DNA of 64,000 nucleotides from assembly GCF_001194135.2 (NCBI RefSeq), contig NC_068986.1:20268192-20332191 (forward strand), written 5' to 3'. How positions within the stretch are numbered: position 1 is the stretch's first letter; each line of letters starts with the position of its first letter. Both the position numbers and the translations under genes were made by a program. Below the pieces are notes generated by a model. It was given only the letters and a program-made list of their open reading frames with translations, was not told the origin of the DNA and made no database searches. Positions 1 through 12,305 of the stretch are shown in pieces. Source of the DNA: Octopus bimaculoides (taxonomy: Eukaryota).

Positions 1-692
1 CTTGAATATGTTTTGTTTTACTCAGTCTCTGTAAATCATATTAGACACAAATTTATTCAAACATTTAACACCCCTCCTCTTTGCAACTACTGTCTTGACA
101 TATTTGGTTATATGTAAACCTATAGGGTAGAACAAACAGAAGATTTACTGATTCCTCCGTAGATTGAAAAAACATTATAAACAGCCTTAATCGATTTTTG
201 GTTTGTGTTGGAATCTCATCAGGAGTGTTTACATCATTTGATCAATCCCAATGAAACAAGCAGCCAATTTGTTATATACACATCAAATTTTGTATCTCCA
301 GAAAACTGGAGTCACTAATCGGCATACTATATGTGTTTAATATTTTATTTAATATCAGAGACTGGATAAGTCAATATCATTGACTCGCAATAATTTGTAC
401 TGTTTTTTGTTCTTGGTGTCATCGTCAAAACATTTCCTATTTATTACTCAATAGCTTATTGTGATGATGATATATAGCTGCTATTATACTTATAATACTT
501 TAGGTCAGTCTACCTCTATTCATTTGTAAACCAAACACAAGACTTTAGAAATATACTTCCTGAATAATTGGTAAAAGCTGACTAAGTAAAGTGCTTAATG
601 CGTTGTAAAATATCATTAGATTAACTTTTTTCTTTTATATATATATATATATATATAATTCATGAAATGCATTGTAGATCTAGCTTAGCTGG

Positions 693-732
<40 letters not shown>

Positions 733-877
733 NNNNNNNNNNNNNNNNNNNNNNNNNNNNNNNNNNNNNNNNNNNNNNNNNNNNNNNNNNNNNNNNNNNN
801 NNNNNNNNNNNNNNNNNNNNNNNNNNNNNNNNNNNNNNNNNNNNNNNNNNNNNNNNNNNNNNNNNNNNNNNNNNNNN
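733..877. other. Assembly gap (N). Other gaps: 25986-26134, 38528-38589, 55778-55790, 61283-61384
   Basis: N runs, mostly adjoining (TA)n tracts or SINE interiors. Confidence 1.
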
Positions 878-3321
878 TATATATAGTATGTTCATGAAAT
901 TTGAAGTCTTTTATTACGTCTGTGAACTTGATCATTGTAAATACTTACCCAGTACCAGTCAGTACTTGTATGTTTGCTAAGGTCAGCAACTTCTCTATTC
1001 TTATGGCATTGTTTCATATTTCCTGTATTGTTAGATTAGCTTTCATCATCGCAGTGATTGGATGTTTAGGAAATTCAAACACTTGCATTAGTTTTTAAAG
1101 CAAGACCAAATTTCAGAGTTTATATATTGTTTCATAACTGGATGACCTACCCAGTACTTGTCATTTCACAATGATGTCCAACCCATGCCAGCAGTTAAAC
1201 GATGACAATGATGAGTGATAGTAGACCGGCACCTGCTTTTAATATAGAGTTGATTGAGAGTTTTTCAGTTTGTACACTTCATATCCCTGTGACAAGGTCA
1301 GCATGTTCACTAAATAGTTGATTCACTTTTATTATAGTTAGCAGAACTGAGCAAGTTTATGTGCTATGAAGAGTTGTTGAGATCTCTGCAGATGGCAAAC
1401 GAAAAACTAAATTTTCAGAATTTTCTCTGCAGCAATACTTTAAACCATTTAATAAATCAGCTAGAAATATTTTTATTGATTTTAAGTCTGAATTCATAAT
1501 TTTCCTTTCTCGCCAAACAACACCAGTGATGTTAATTAATTCCACATTAATTTTTGTCATTCTATTCTTGGTTCAGTGTTCTTGACAACTCTCAAAGGCC
1601 AAGTCTACTTAGCTGTAAATAGGTTATCATCACATGATATGGAGTTTATCACAGTAGACAGTAAGGAAGATTTGTGATTGATGAATATTTTTCAGTTTGT
1701 ATTGCTCAGTTCAAATCCTCTCAAAGGTTTGTTATAAAGAAAATACAACTTATGTTCTCTTCTTTGAACCAGTACTTAAATTTTTTTTTCCTGTGACGCC
1801 TTCACATCCCAATGGCTTATAGCATTTAACATTTGGTTGTTAAAATTCAGTGTTAATTTATATTCCAAACACCAGCTTAATGAAGTTTTCTTTAACTGGC
1901 AAAATTAATTGAAATAAGACTGTATTGCAACTGAAATGTGGTAGCATAAGGATTAATGTTGCTAATTTGTTACTGTAAACATCTCAGATTTTCTCAATAT
2001 TCAGCACGCTGAGTATCAATAAATCTGACATTACCTATGGGTGAAATAGAGAAGAATGGTGGATGACTTGATGCAGTTTTGAACCGTATAATGTAAAGTA
2101 ATATTTTTCAGTGTTCTAACCACCAAGCCAACACTGTATATAATAAAGTGTTTTGCATTTTACTCAGCACACAAACCAATAAAGATAACTGTATTAGAAA
2201 AGTTCTTTGTTATCATTAAGAGCTGGTCATGTATGTTCTTTATTTATGACAGCATAGAATAGTCAAAATAAAACTAGTTTTGAAATATCTTGGTCTCTAT
2301 GCATATTTCAATAGCTGTTATCTATTTCACAAAATTTATGGTTGCGTTTCTAAAAGTTTATTATCATATTGTGGTAGTATCTGATGAAAATTTTTTTAAT
2401 CTCTTTGATACCTTGATAAGTTGAATTTTAATGACAAAAGCAGCACATAGTATGCTACGTGCTGCTTTTGCCATTGAAATATGCCCAGGACCCAGTTTCA
2501 GTTCTTAATAGGAACCACTTTGCTTTATAACATTGCTAATCGCCTCACAAGCTAAGATACTCTTTATGAGTTTATCGGTTTCCATTTTGAGAAACTGTGT
2601 ATATTTGTATTTTGTATAAAGTTGGTAGTTATTTCACTGTAAAGTATTTGGATGTCTTTCAGGAGAGATCATCAAACATTCACAATGCAGAAAAGTTCAT
2701 ACCTTTTCTGCTGTTCAAGTATCATAATGTTGAAGTTGATGAGACAAGAAACCAGCTATTTAAAAAAACTATTCTATAGCATTTAAGTTTTGTATATATC
2801 ACAGGGACTTAATTTCATACTGCATCTATATCAGTGCATTGCTTATGGGATTCTAGTAATTTTGCTAACTTTCTATTGGTTTGCTACACAAGTCAATGGA
2901 ATACTCATTAATTCTCTACTACTACTACTACTACTACTACTCTTGCTGAATACACCATTCACAGTTCCCGTTTAGAACTAGGGCAACTCAGTGTCTTGCT
3001 TAGAAACACTCTGCAGTGTTGGTGACTTTTGGCCAGATAGAGAATGCAATTCTGACATTTCAGCTGGCTATCTGCTGTCCTATCATTTCAGTCCTTCTGT
3101 CTTCTAAAGTGTAAGCAATGTTTCTACATAACATTAATAGCTTATTAATTTCTGTGTGGTTATTTATGATTCATTATTTGAATGCTTTATAGCATTTCCC
3201 TTTGTATGTCGTAGACAGACCAATAAAGATACATCTATCTGAATAGTAACTCAAAATGATTATGTAACATTTATATCTTCATTAACTGTTGCTTACAGTA
3301 ATGGGACCACGTGCATAAGCC

Positions 3322-3540
3322 TTAACCCTTTTGCATTCGAATTATTCTACCAAATATAATCCTTATTTATTCACATTGTTTTGAATTAATCATGCATTAC
3401 TTTGTACTTTCAAGATCTTGGTGATGTGATTGTTATTTTTAGAGTGACATTGTAGGGTAGGTGTGAGAGGCTGGCTCTCACTAGTTTGAACATACAACAG
3501 GTTGAATATTTAGGCTGGGTGTGGCCAGTTCAAAAGACTA
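3322..3540. mobile_element. piggyBac-like MITE (TTAA|CCCTTT terminus), decayed far end
   Basis: Starts TTAACCCTTTTGCATT. TTAA plus a CCCT terminus is the piggyBac-type signature. Confidence 0.45.
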
Positions 3541-3769
3541 TCCAAGCAAAGATAACTTGATACTAAACAAAATCATCTATGAGACTTTCCTGTTGGGTTA
3601 CTGCTTTTCATATATCTAAATTTGTGAATTTAGTCAACCCAGCTAAATTTTAGTTTAAAAATCTTAATGACATGAAAATAATATCAATTGGTATATAGTT
3701 TTTTCACTGATCATCCTATTCTCTTATAATATCTTCTTCATCGGCTCATCATTATTAATATTATTGTTA

Positions 3770-4320
3770 TTAAGTGACAGAGCAGCACATGCTATCAAAA
3801 TGACACTGGGGTACAAATATATGAAGCCCAATTATACTCATGATTTACCCATCTGATAAGCATCACAGGATATGCATTACAACCATATGTGCACAACATG
3901 GTGACCTCATATCAAGATAAACAGCACATGATCTTGTAGATGGGGGTCCAGTGAGAATTTTGAGTAGCCCATCCTGCTCAAAAAGTCCCTAAATAAAGTT
4001 TGTTTTAGGATAATGAACAAAACACCTATGTTTTCAAGGACCAATTATTCAAACCCCGAAGAATCTCTCTTTTCATCACATGACTATGATGCTCCCTCAC
4101 CATTCCTGCTCGTGACCAGAGATGCATATATCATATTGTCAGCCACTAAGGGACATGCTCAACTGGTTAAACTCAAGCAACTAATTAGCAAGTCTTTGGA
4201 CAGAATATTTGCTGTTACCCATCTTTTGTACCAAGACAAAACACGTACATGTTAACACTTCCAGCCAGTTAACATCAGAAGCCATGAGAGCCACTGCTTG
4301 GTCCTGCACCAAGCATTCAA
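3770..4320. repeat. Probable interspersed repeat of unknown class bounded by (ATT)n
   Basis: GC-richer block ending at an (ATT)n tract, resembling a retroposon. No second copy in the window, so unverified. Confidence 0.3.
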
Positions 4321-4356
<36 letters not shown>

Positions 4357-5039
4357 TGTTGTTAGATAGTTTTTGTGGATTTCTCTATTAACAAGTGCTG
4401 GAATTGTTTCTGAGGGGGTGAACAGATTACAATAATTGTGTGTTAATGTCAATGTGTGTACTTTCAATACTTCATTCTTTGTTTTTGTTTGTAAAAAGAG
4501 AGTTTTCAATGTTATTTCGCTTTGCAATTTGTAGCAGTCAAATTATAATGATTTTTATTAGGTTGTTCTTTTTTTTTTTCTTCTTCTCAAAATTCTAATT
4601 AGAATCCTACAATTTGGATGTGTAATTCATGTTACAATAAGTTGAATGCAAGTTTGTCATTAGCTTGCTATCAGCATTCAATAAAAACTATATTTAATTA
4701 GTAACTCCTTTCACCAACATATAGGACATATTTGTTCTTATTTGTAAAGAACTTTTATATTTATTTCCCATACACAGAGAATATGCTGTTTTAGAATTAA
4801 TTTTAATTCAATTGGAATGCATATTCTCTAATTGTATAATATCTGTCTGTTTTATACTCAAGGTTATCTAATTACTATTATAAATAGCTTGTTCAATAAT
4901 CAATTTTCACAATTCTCAGCATTAAACTTTATTTTCCTGTTTTTCTTTTTATTCTCATCCTGTCTCAGTTACTGATAGCAGACAATAAATATCTCTCCTT
5001 TTACAATCATATTGTTAAAGCAAGTATTTATTATACTTA

Positions 5040-5690
5040 CTTCCAATCCTTTCTTAACATAAGAATAGAGAATAAAGCTTTTCGTTTTTCTTTTTTTAAA
5101 TGGAGTTTATCGAAGCAGATTTGTCTATGGTCAAATGCCCTTTCCTCCAACCAACCCTCACTTGTTTCCAGACATGGTAATATTTTCTCATGATCAGACA
5201 TGTTTTTGCTGAATATTGAAGATGAATAAGGCGGCAAGCTGACCGAAACGTCAGCATGCCGGGCAAAATACTTAATGGTATTTCATCTGTCTTTACGTTC
5301 TGAGTTCAAATTCTGCTGAGGTCAACTTTGCCTTTCATCTTTTTGAGGTTGATAAATTAAGTACTGGGATTAATCTAATCGAGTGGCCCCTTCTCCAAAC
5401 ATTTCGGGCCTTGTGCCTAGAGTAGAAAACAATATTGAAAATGAATGACACTGCTTATATGACAGTGATGCTCATTTACAACTATCATGCTATGTCAAGA
5501 CAGGCAGCACAAACACACACTCATACATGACTGGCTTCTTTTAGTTTCCACCTACCAAATCCACTCACAAGGCTTTGGTTGACCTGGGGCTTTAATAGAA
5601 GACACTTGTCCAAGATGCTACACAGTAGGACTGAACCTGGAACCATATGATTGGGAACCAAACTTCTTAACTCACAGCCACACTTGCATT
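5040..5690 (-). mobile_element. SINE family A long variant interrupted by a family-B SINE
   Basis: Reverse-complement head at 5536-5687. The body continues on both sides of the 5228-5430 insert. Confidence 0.7.
5228..5430 (+). mobile_element. tRNA-derived SINE family B with 16-bp TSD
   Basis: Head GGCGGCAAGCTG...GAGTTCAAATTC and central GTCAACTTTGCCTTTCATC...GATAAATTAAGTAC. TSD AATATTGAARATGAAT at 5212-5227 and 5431-5446 (1 mismatch). Confidence 0.85.
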
Positions 5691-6674
5691 TAAACCACCA
5701 TGGAAAGCATTCCACCTCTGGTAGCATAAATTCTGAAACAAATTTTTAAATGTACTTTAAATCTTTTTTTTTTTAAACACTTTACAAGTGATTAATTTTA
5801 ATCCTTAATTAAAAGGCTTAGCACAGTGGAAATTATGTCTACACTTAAAGTCTGTGAAATGGAAATAATATGCAATAGATTTCTGAGGTATGATAAGTAT
5901 TATGGAATTATATTTAAAAAAGATGGTGGTTTGTTTAAGAGTAAAGTTTTAAATAAAATTAGATAATATAAAATAGTGCTTTGTCTTACTTTAAACTTGT
6001 AATCTTAAGTCTTTCTTCTAATTTGTTGGTTTTTAGTTCTGGTTAGACTGATTTACTGTTTCAACATCAGAAAATAATATCTGACTTAATTTGACTTCAA
6101 AGAACAAACTTGCAATTAATACTGATTAATACTTCATCTTCAATTTTTTACAATTAATACTTCATCTTCACATCATAAATTTAGTTTCCCAAAACCTGAT
6201 ACTCAGAGAAAAAGAGCAAAATAAATAAATAAAATAAAGAATAAATAATTAAAGAAGAAATTGTTTTTACTTTAATATAGTCATTTACATACTTTGCATT
6301 CTCTCCAGGTTTCAGCTCTGTTTGAAATCTAGGTCTACTAGCAGTAGTTATTAGTTAGTTGCCTTGTATACTTTTTCACCTAGAATGTCAAACCCGCAGT
6401 TCACATGCTATCTTAAAGACCAGCCTTCTTAACTGAAGTAATGACATTTCTAGGATTTTGACATATAGCCATCTTTTCTCCAAATAATTTCTATGGCAAA
6501 AGCAGCAGCAATATTTCTTTTTTGTAACTTCTATTGGAAATTTTGATGTGAGAATAAATTTTGTGGTATTTTTTATATATCACAAAAGTGATTTCTTTTC
6601 CACTTTTTCAAAGCTAGTGCTAATATAATCTTCAGTTTTGTGTTCTTAGATAATCAATTTTTATGTTATACACA

Positions 6675-7030
6675 CAGGTATGGCTGTGTGGTTAAGAAGT
6701 TTTCTTCTCAACCTCATGTATGGTACTTTGAACTAGTAACTTCTGCTAAAGCTCTGGGCCTTGTGAGTAGATTTGTTGATGGAAACTGAAAGAAGCCCAT
6801 TGTATGTGCAACTTGACATCGCATGGTTGTTGCAAGTGAACAGCACCGGTCATACAATCGATGTCATTGGTCTTCTGTTTCTTGTGGAAACATGTCTGGC
6901 AATATTGTCTTGCTTAGAAACAGGTTAGAGTTGGTGATAGGGCTGACATCTGATCATAGAAAATCTTGTCTCAGCAAACTCCATCCAACCCATGCAAACA
7001 TGGAAAAATAAATATGTAAAATAATGATGA
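6675..7030 (+). mobile_element. SINE family A, long variant
   Basis: Same head, followed by a body ending CAACCCATGCAAACATGGAAAA. Confidence 0.7.
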
Positions 7031-7670
7031 TCGTGTTTCTATCTTCGTTTCCCATCAATGATGCTATGCTATGATTCAAAGAAATTAGATATTTTTCATT
7101 TCATTCCCTGATGATTGTAGTGTATAAAGATGATTATTTGTGCCACTATTTGAGTAAGATATATCCATCTTGCTTCTTTTAACAACCCATTCAATAAATT
7201 AGGATCAAATGTGATTTAAAATTTTTATATTTAACTCTTTATTTTTTTTTTGTTTTGCTTTTATTTCATGTTACTTTAATTGCAGTACCCTAAACAGAAT
7301 CATTTAGTAGAATTGAGTCTTCTTGTACTCTAATTTCTTTTATCCATGATGCCATCTTTAAACTAAAATAGAAAGAAAATTTTTTTGTTTTTTTTACTGA
7401 TGTCATAGGTATTATTGATTTAATTCAATATACAGAAAACTGTTTCTTGGTAAGGCTTTCAGTCATAAAAAAAGATTAACCTAGCTTCTTTCATGTTCTC
7501 CTTTTTCAAAATTAAAAAGCAATTTTAAAAAATTTTAATTTATTAATGGCATATAGGTTATTTAAATAAATAATGCATATTTTTTCTTGAATTCATGCTG
7601 TCATTTCTTTCCTGTTCAGAAGTAATAAACACTGAAGTTCTATTTATGAAACTGATTTGTCATTAGATTA

Positions 7671-7711
<41 letters not shown>

Positions 7712-8339
7712 AGGTTTTTTTTTTTCCAAGTTCTCTCTCAGTCTCCTTATTTGTTTGATATTTTTCTTGTATACAACTACTTCTCTCAGCATTCATAGTA
7801 GATGTCATACCCACTTTAAGATACTAAAATGGTTTTCTATTGGGCTCCAAGATGAAAATAGTTCATCTGAACTCACTGAAAAAGACCCGTTTAGAATTAG
7901 CTGAAATGTTGTACGACCTGTATTATTTACCTAGTGTTGGAAACTACTGTAACCATTACGATTTTGTTTCATTGTAAATTAGCGAGGTGTATAATTTTAT
8001 TGCATACTCTGTAGTTCTGTTTACACTGAATATTGTGTTGCTTTTTGTTGTATTTACAACTCTTCCAGCCCATATTCCCATACTATCAACAGAGACATAG
8101 AAGTGGCATGTGTATGTGTGCGTGCATGCTTGCGTGTGTATATCATTGTTTTAATGTCCACTTTTCTATGCTCTAATGGGTTGAGCAGAATTTGTTGGGG
8201 AAGATTTTTCTATGGCTAGATGCCTTTCCTGTCATCAACCTACGCCTGTTTCCAAGTAATGTAATATTTCCTCAAGACCAGAAATGTTTTCACAAGGACA
8301 CCGCTTGCATGATGGTTTACTATCATGTGAAGCCAACAC

Positions 8340-8385
<46 letters not shown>

Positions 8386-8544
8386 TGAGAAGTTTGCTTT
8401 GCAATTATATGATTCTAGGTTCAATTCCACTGCATGACACCAAGATCAAGTCTCTTCTACTATAGCCCCAGGCCAACCAAAGCTTTGAGAGTGTATTTGG
8501 TAGACAAGCTGTAGATAGATTGTTGTGTGTATGCATATATCATC

Positions 8545-9105
8545 ATCATCATCATCATTTAACGTCCGCCTTCCATGCTAGCATGGGTTGGACGATTTGA
8601 CTGAGGACTGGCAAACCAGATGGCTACACCAGACTTCAATCTGATCTGGCAGAGTTTCTACAGCTAGATGCCCTTCCTAATGCCAACCACTTTGAGAGTG
8701 TAGTGGGTGCTTTTTACGTACCACTGGCACGAGGGCCAGTTTGGAGATACTGGCAACGGCCAAGCTCAAATGGTGTTTTTTATGTGCCACCTGTACAGGA
8801 GTCAGTCCGATGTTTTATCATCATGCCACCGGCACAAGTGCCAGTAAGGCAGAGCTGGAAACGACCGCGCTCAAATGGTGCTTTTTATGGTACGGAAGCG
8901 AGACTGCTGCTCTGGCAGTGATCCCTCTAGGATGGTGCTGTTAGTGCTCCACTAGCACAGGTGCCACTTATCAAATTTGGTTCAGTTTCGATCTCACTTG
9001 CCCCAACAGGTCTTCACAAGCTGAGTTTAGTGTCCAATGAAGGAAGGTTGGCATGGGTGCCAGTCATTGAATTTGGTTCAATTTCAATTTCGATTTCACT
9101 TGCTT
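8545..9105 (-). mobile_element. Retroposon family C ((CAT)n tail on + strand) with internal minisatellite
   Basis: catcatcatTTAACGTCCGCCTTCCATGCTAGCATGGGTTGGACG...GATGCCCTTCCTAATGCCAACC, followed by repeated GGTGCTTTTTA(C/T)G units. Confidence 0.75.
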
Positions 9106-9106
9106 C

Positions 9107-9138
<32 letters not shown>

Positions 9139-9611
9139 CTCTTATATATAGTGTGTGTGCCTGAGATCTAAAACATGGAATACAAAAAAATTTCCTTACT
9201 TGAAAGACCGGAAATGGTTAGCAGCAGGAAGGACATCCAGCTGAAAAACAATGCTATGGCAATATGTATTCATTTAACCTATGTTAGCGCAGAAAAACAC
9301 ATATAAAGCAAATGAGCAAGCACACACACACATGCACGTGTGCTGTTAGAATTTCAACATATGATCTCAGTATTTTTTAGCTGCATCATAATTATTCAAA
9401 TAACATGAGACACAAATGTCTATTTTAACTTGCCACTTGATTGGCAGATGGAAACATAAGGACTCATATTTCATAATTTTCACTCTACTCAAACCCCACC
9501 TCCACAATATTTGCTTTATAACTTAACTCTGTGGAGAAAACAAAATAGCTATTTGAATTTATTATTCTTATGAAATTGATTTGGTTGAAAAGGAAAACAA
9601 TCAATAAAATT

Positions 9612-10001
9612 CAGTAGAACCTTGTAATACGAGTATACCATTGTATGAGTAATTTGCTGTACGAGCCAAGATTCGTACGAATTTTTGTCTTGAAGTATGA
9701 GCAGAAATCCACAGTACAAGCTCACAAATCGTCCCATCTTTAAGGTAATTCTGTTAATAAAACCAGTTTACATATTTATTTTGCATCCTCTTTTTCATAA
9801 TTCTCATTTTACTTGTAACTATACCTTTTCTGTTTTAAAACCCATAAAAAATTATTTTTGAGTGGTTTTGGTGGGGCTGGAACGGATTAATTATATATAT
9901 TTTAGTTAATTTCAATGGGGAAAATTGATTTGTAAAACGAGTAAATCATAAGACCAGCTTGGTCATGGTGCGAATTAAACTCGTACTGTGAGGTATTACT
10001 G
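9612..10001. mobile_element. Tc1/mariner-pogo (Tigger-like) MITE
   Basis: Imperfect TIRs CAGTAgaACCTtgtaaTACGAGT and ACTCGTActgtgAGGTatTACTG followed by TA. Internal GGCTGGAACGGATTAATT...TTTCAATGGGGAAAA motif resembles Tigger-like MITEs. Confidence 0.65.
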
Positions 10002-10108
10002 TACTTCAAAGAATTAGAAGTTTTACTTAATCTATTGACATTGCAGGGTTTAACACTTCTGTTACTGTCTCTTTGTTGAAATATACTGCCTTTCCATCAA
10101 TTAATTGT

Positions 10109-10284
10109 AGGCGCAGGAGTGGCTGTGTGGTAAGTAGCTTGCTTACCAACAACATGGTTCCGGGTTCAGTCCCACTGCATGGCACCTTGGGCAAGTGTCT
10201 TCTACTATAGCCTCGGGCCGACCGAAGCCTTGTGAGTGGATTTGGTAGACGGAAACTGAAAGAAGCCCGTCGTATATATGTGTG

Positions 10285-10338
<54 letters not shown>

Positions 10339-10385
10339 TCCCCCCCTCCCAACTTCGCTTGACAACTGATAGAGTAAAAGAGTAA
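10109..10385 (+). mobile_element. tRNA-derived CORE-like SINE (family A), young copy
   Basis: Pol III A-box-like TGGCTGTGTGG and B-box-like GGTTCAGTCC, CORE-like CACCTTGGGCAAGTG, central (TA)n(TG)n, GAGTAAAA tail. The family recurs more than 20 times in the window. Confidence 0.85.
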
Positions 10386-11924
10386 ATTCAGTAAAATGAC
10401 TTTTGTATTATAAAGCTAGTGTTTGGAACAAAAATTAGCATTAAATTTTGATACAAATTTTTAACTTAAATTACTTTAAAACAGTGGGTTTGTATCATAG
10501 AACCTGAGGCAGTCTCTAACAGGTTTGAATCAAAAGGGTTGGAAAAAAAAGAAAAATGAAAGAAGCAACTTATGTATTTTCTTCCAAAGAAAAAGATTAT
10601 GTAGAAGTTGTATTTTGGACCACATCTGGCTAAGTAGTTTCTAAGAAACTAAAGACTATTTTTGATACATTATATTCTTCACTGTTTGCTGCCAAATAGG
10701 TGTAGCCAATATAATTGGTGCAGGGAGCCGTCAGATTACTCCTTTTGTGCGAATGGATTTAATATTCAGGTAGAATCATTAGCGTCTTCTTGGGTCACTC
10801 AATTCCTATTACTTTCTCATCATAAAAAGTGTTTTCCCCAGCATTCAGTTACTGATGTTTGGCTCATTAACTATCTCAATTTTCTTAGATCACTGTATCT
10901 ATGTATGTTTATATATACATCATTTAACATCCACTTTTCCATGCTTGCCTGGATCAGACAGAATCTTTTGAGGGAAATGTGGGGATTGGTGATAGGAAGA
11001 GCCTTATGCCCTTCCTATCACCAATCCCCACATTTCCGAGCAAGGTGATATTCCCCATGGCCAGATATGCTTTCCATGGAAGACATGAAATGAGCAACAT
11101 CGGTTGTATTCACACACAGTCCTTTGTGTTTGTGTATGTATGTACATTCATAGCAACAGTTTCTATATGATATACTCATTCATACATATAGTCTTTATAT
11201 ATCTATAATAGTAAATGCGAAAATGAATTTGTGTCAGTGTGTGACACTTTGACCCCCTTTCTCACTATTCAATGACACTTCTACTATTCCTCATCTTAGG
11301 ATTACAAACTACCACTCTAAGTTCAATACACATCTACATGCTGGGTATTTTATGGTTTCGAGTTAGTTGTATCAGTTGAAGAAGTATATTTATGAATGAT
11401 ATATTCATGTGTTGGATTGGAAAAGTTTCCAGAATTGGTTTTGATGGTAACCAGTATTGTTGTGATTGTGAAATATTAACCTGGTGATTGATTTAAATTT
11501 GGTTAGCATTGGTTTGTGAATAATAGTCATCGATCTACATTTTTTTAAAATGATCTGTAAAGAGTATTTTAGCGTAGTTTGAAGACTATTGAAAACAGTA
11601 TCTTAGTATAGTCTGGATTGTATAACAACAAGAAATATAGGATTAAATACACATGTTAACATTTAATGAAAGTGAAATATGGAGATACATGGAGTACATG
11701 TGAAAGAAGATAGAATTTATTTTAAACCCAGCTCAGTTTGTGTCTTGATTGTGTGTTATGGTTTGAGTTCAACTTGGTTAGATTATGAAGCCTTTTCTTT
11801 ATTACATATCCGCATATTACAATTGATTTGAATATAAGTATGTATTTGCCATTTAATCTGAGGTTGAATAACTTATCAAAGTAAATTACTGAAAAGTAGC
11901 TTTGTTGAAATAATAAAATTCTGT

Positions 11925-12305
11925 AGGTAACAGGTGTGGTTAAAACGTTTGCTTCAAAGCCATGTAGTTTTGGTTCAATTCCAACTGTGAGTACATTTGG
12001 CTAGTGTCTTCTACCATAGCTTGTGAACTTGCCAATGCCTTGTGAGTGACTTGGTTGATGGAAATTATAAGAAGCCTATCGTGTGTGTGTGTGTATATGG
12101 GAGGGCAGTTTGTGTTTTACCTTTTGATATTTGAACACTGATTGACAACAAGCATTATTCATACAAACATTGTTGTTTACAATCTTTGGCCAGTGAGATC
12201 TCCATGTTTCAAAGGACTTGAGAAAATATTACGTTCTTTGGAAACAGATGAGGGTTAGTGACAGGAATTTTCATCTGATTCATGCATGTATAGAAAAGTG
12301 GACAT
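11925..12305 (+). mobile_element. SINE family A long variant, old
   Basis: Diverged head and body matching other copies. Confidence 0.6.

Noticed and set aside
189-222. Minus-strand CTGATGA-GATT...AATC hammerhead-like start
   Set aside because: The essential GAAA reads GATT, and stems I and III cannot be formed.
1357-1560. ORF with KSIKIFLADLLNGLKYC, resembling a protein-kinase subdomain VIa helix
   Set aside because: No HRD/DLKPEN motif follows, there are no convincing splice sites, and no other kinase exon was found. Probably chance.
2438-2452. AAGCAGCACATAG resembles the miR-15/16 5' sequence
   Set aside because: The match is short, and I have no basis for that family in molluscs. The hairpin is reported on structure only.
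10109-10190. tRNA-like A/B boxes, here and in more than 20 similar heads
   Set aside because: They do not form a cloverleaf and run directly into SINE bodies, so they are SINE heads rather than tRNA genes.
11200-11340. ATCTATAATAGTAAATGCG... resembling a Helitron-type 5' end
   Set aside because: Single copy in the window and no 3' hairpin or CTAG end was identified.
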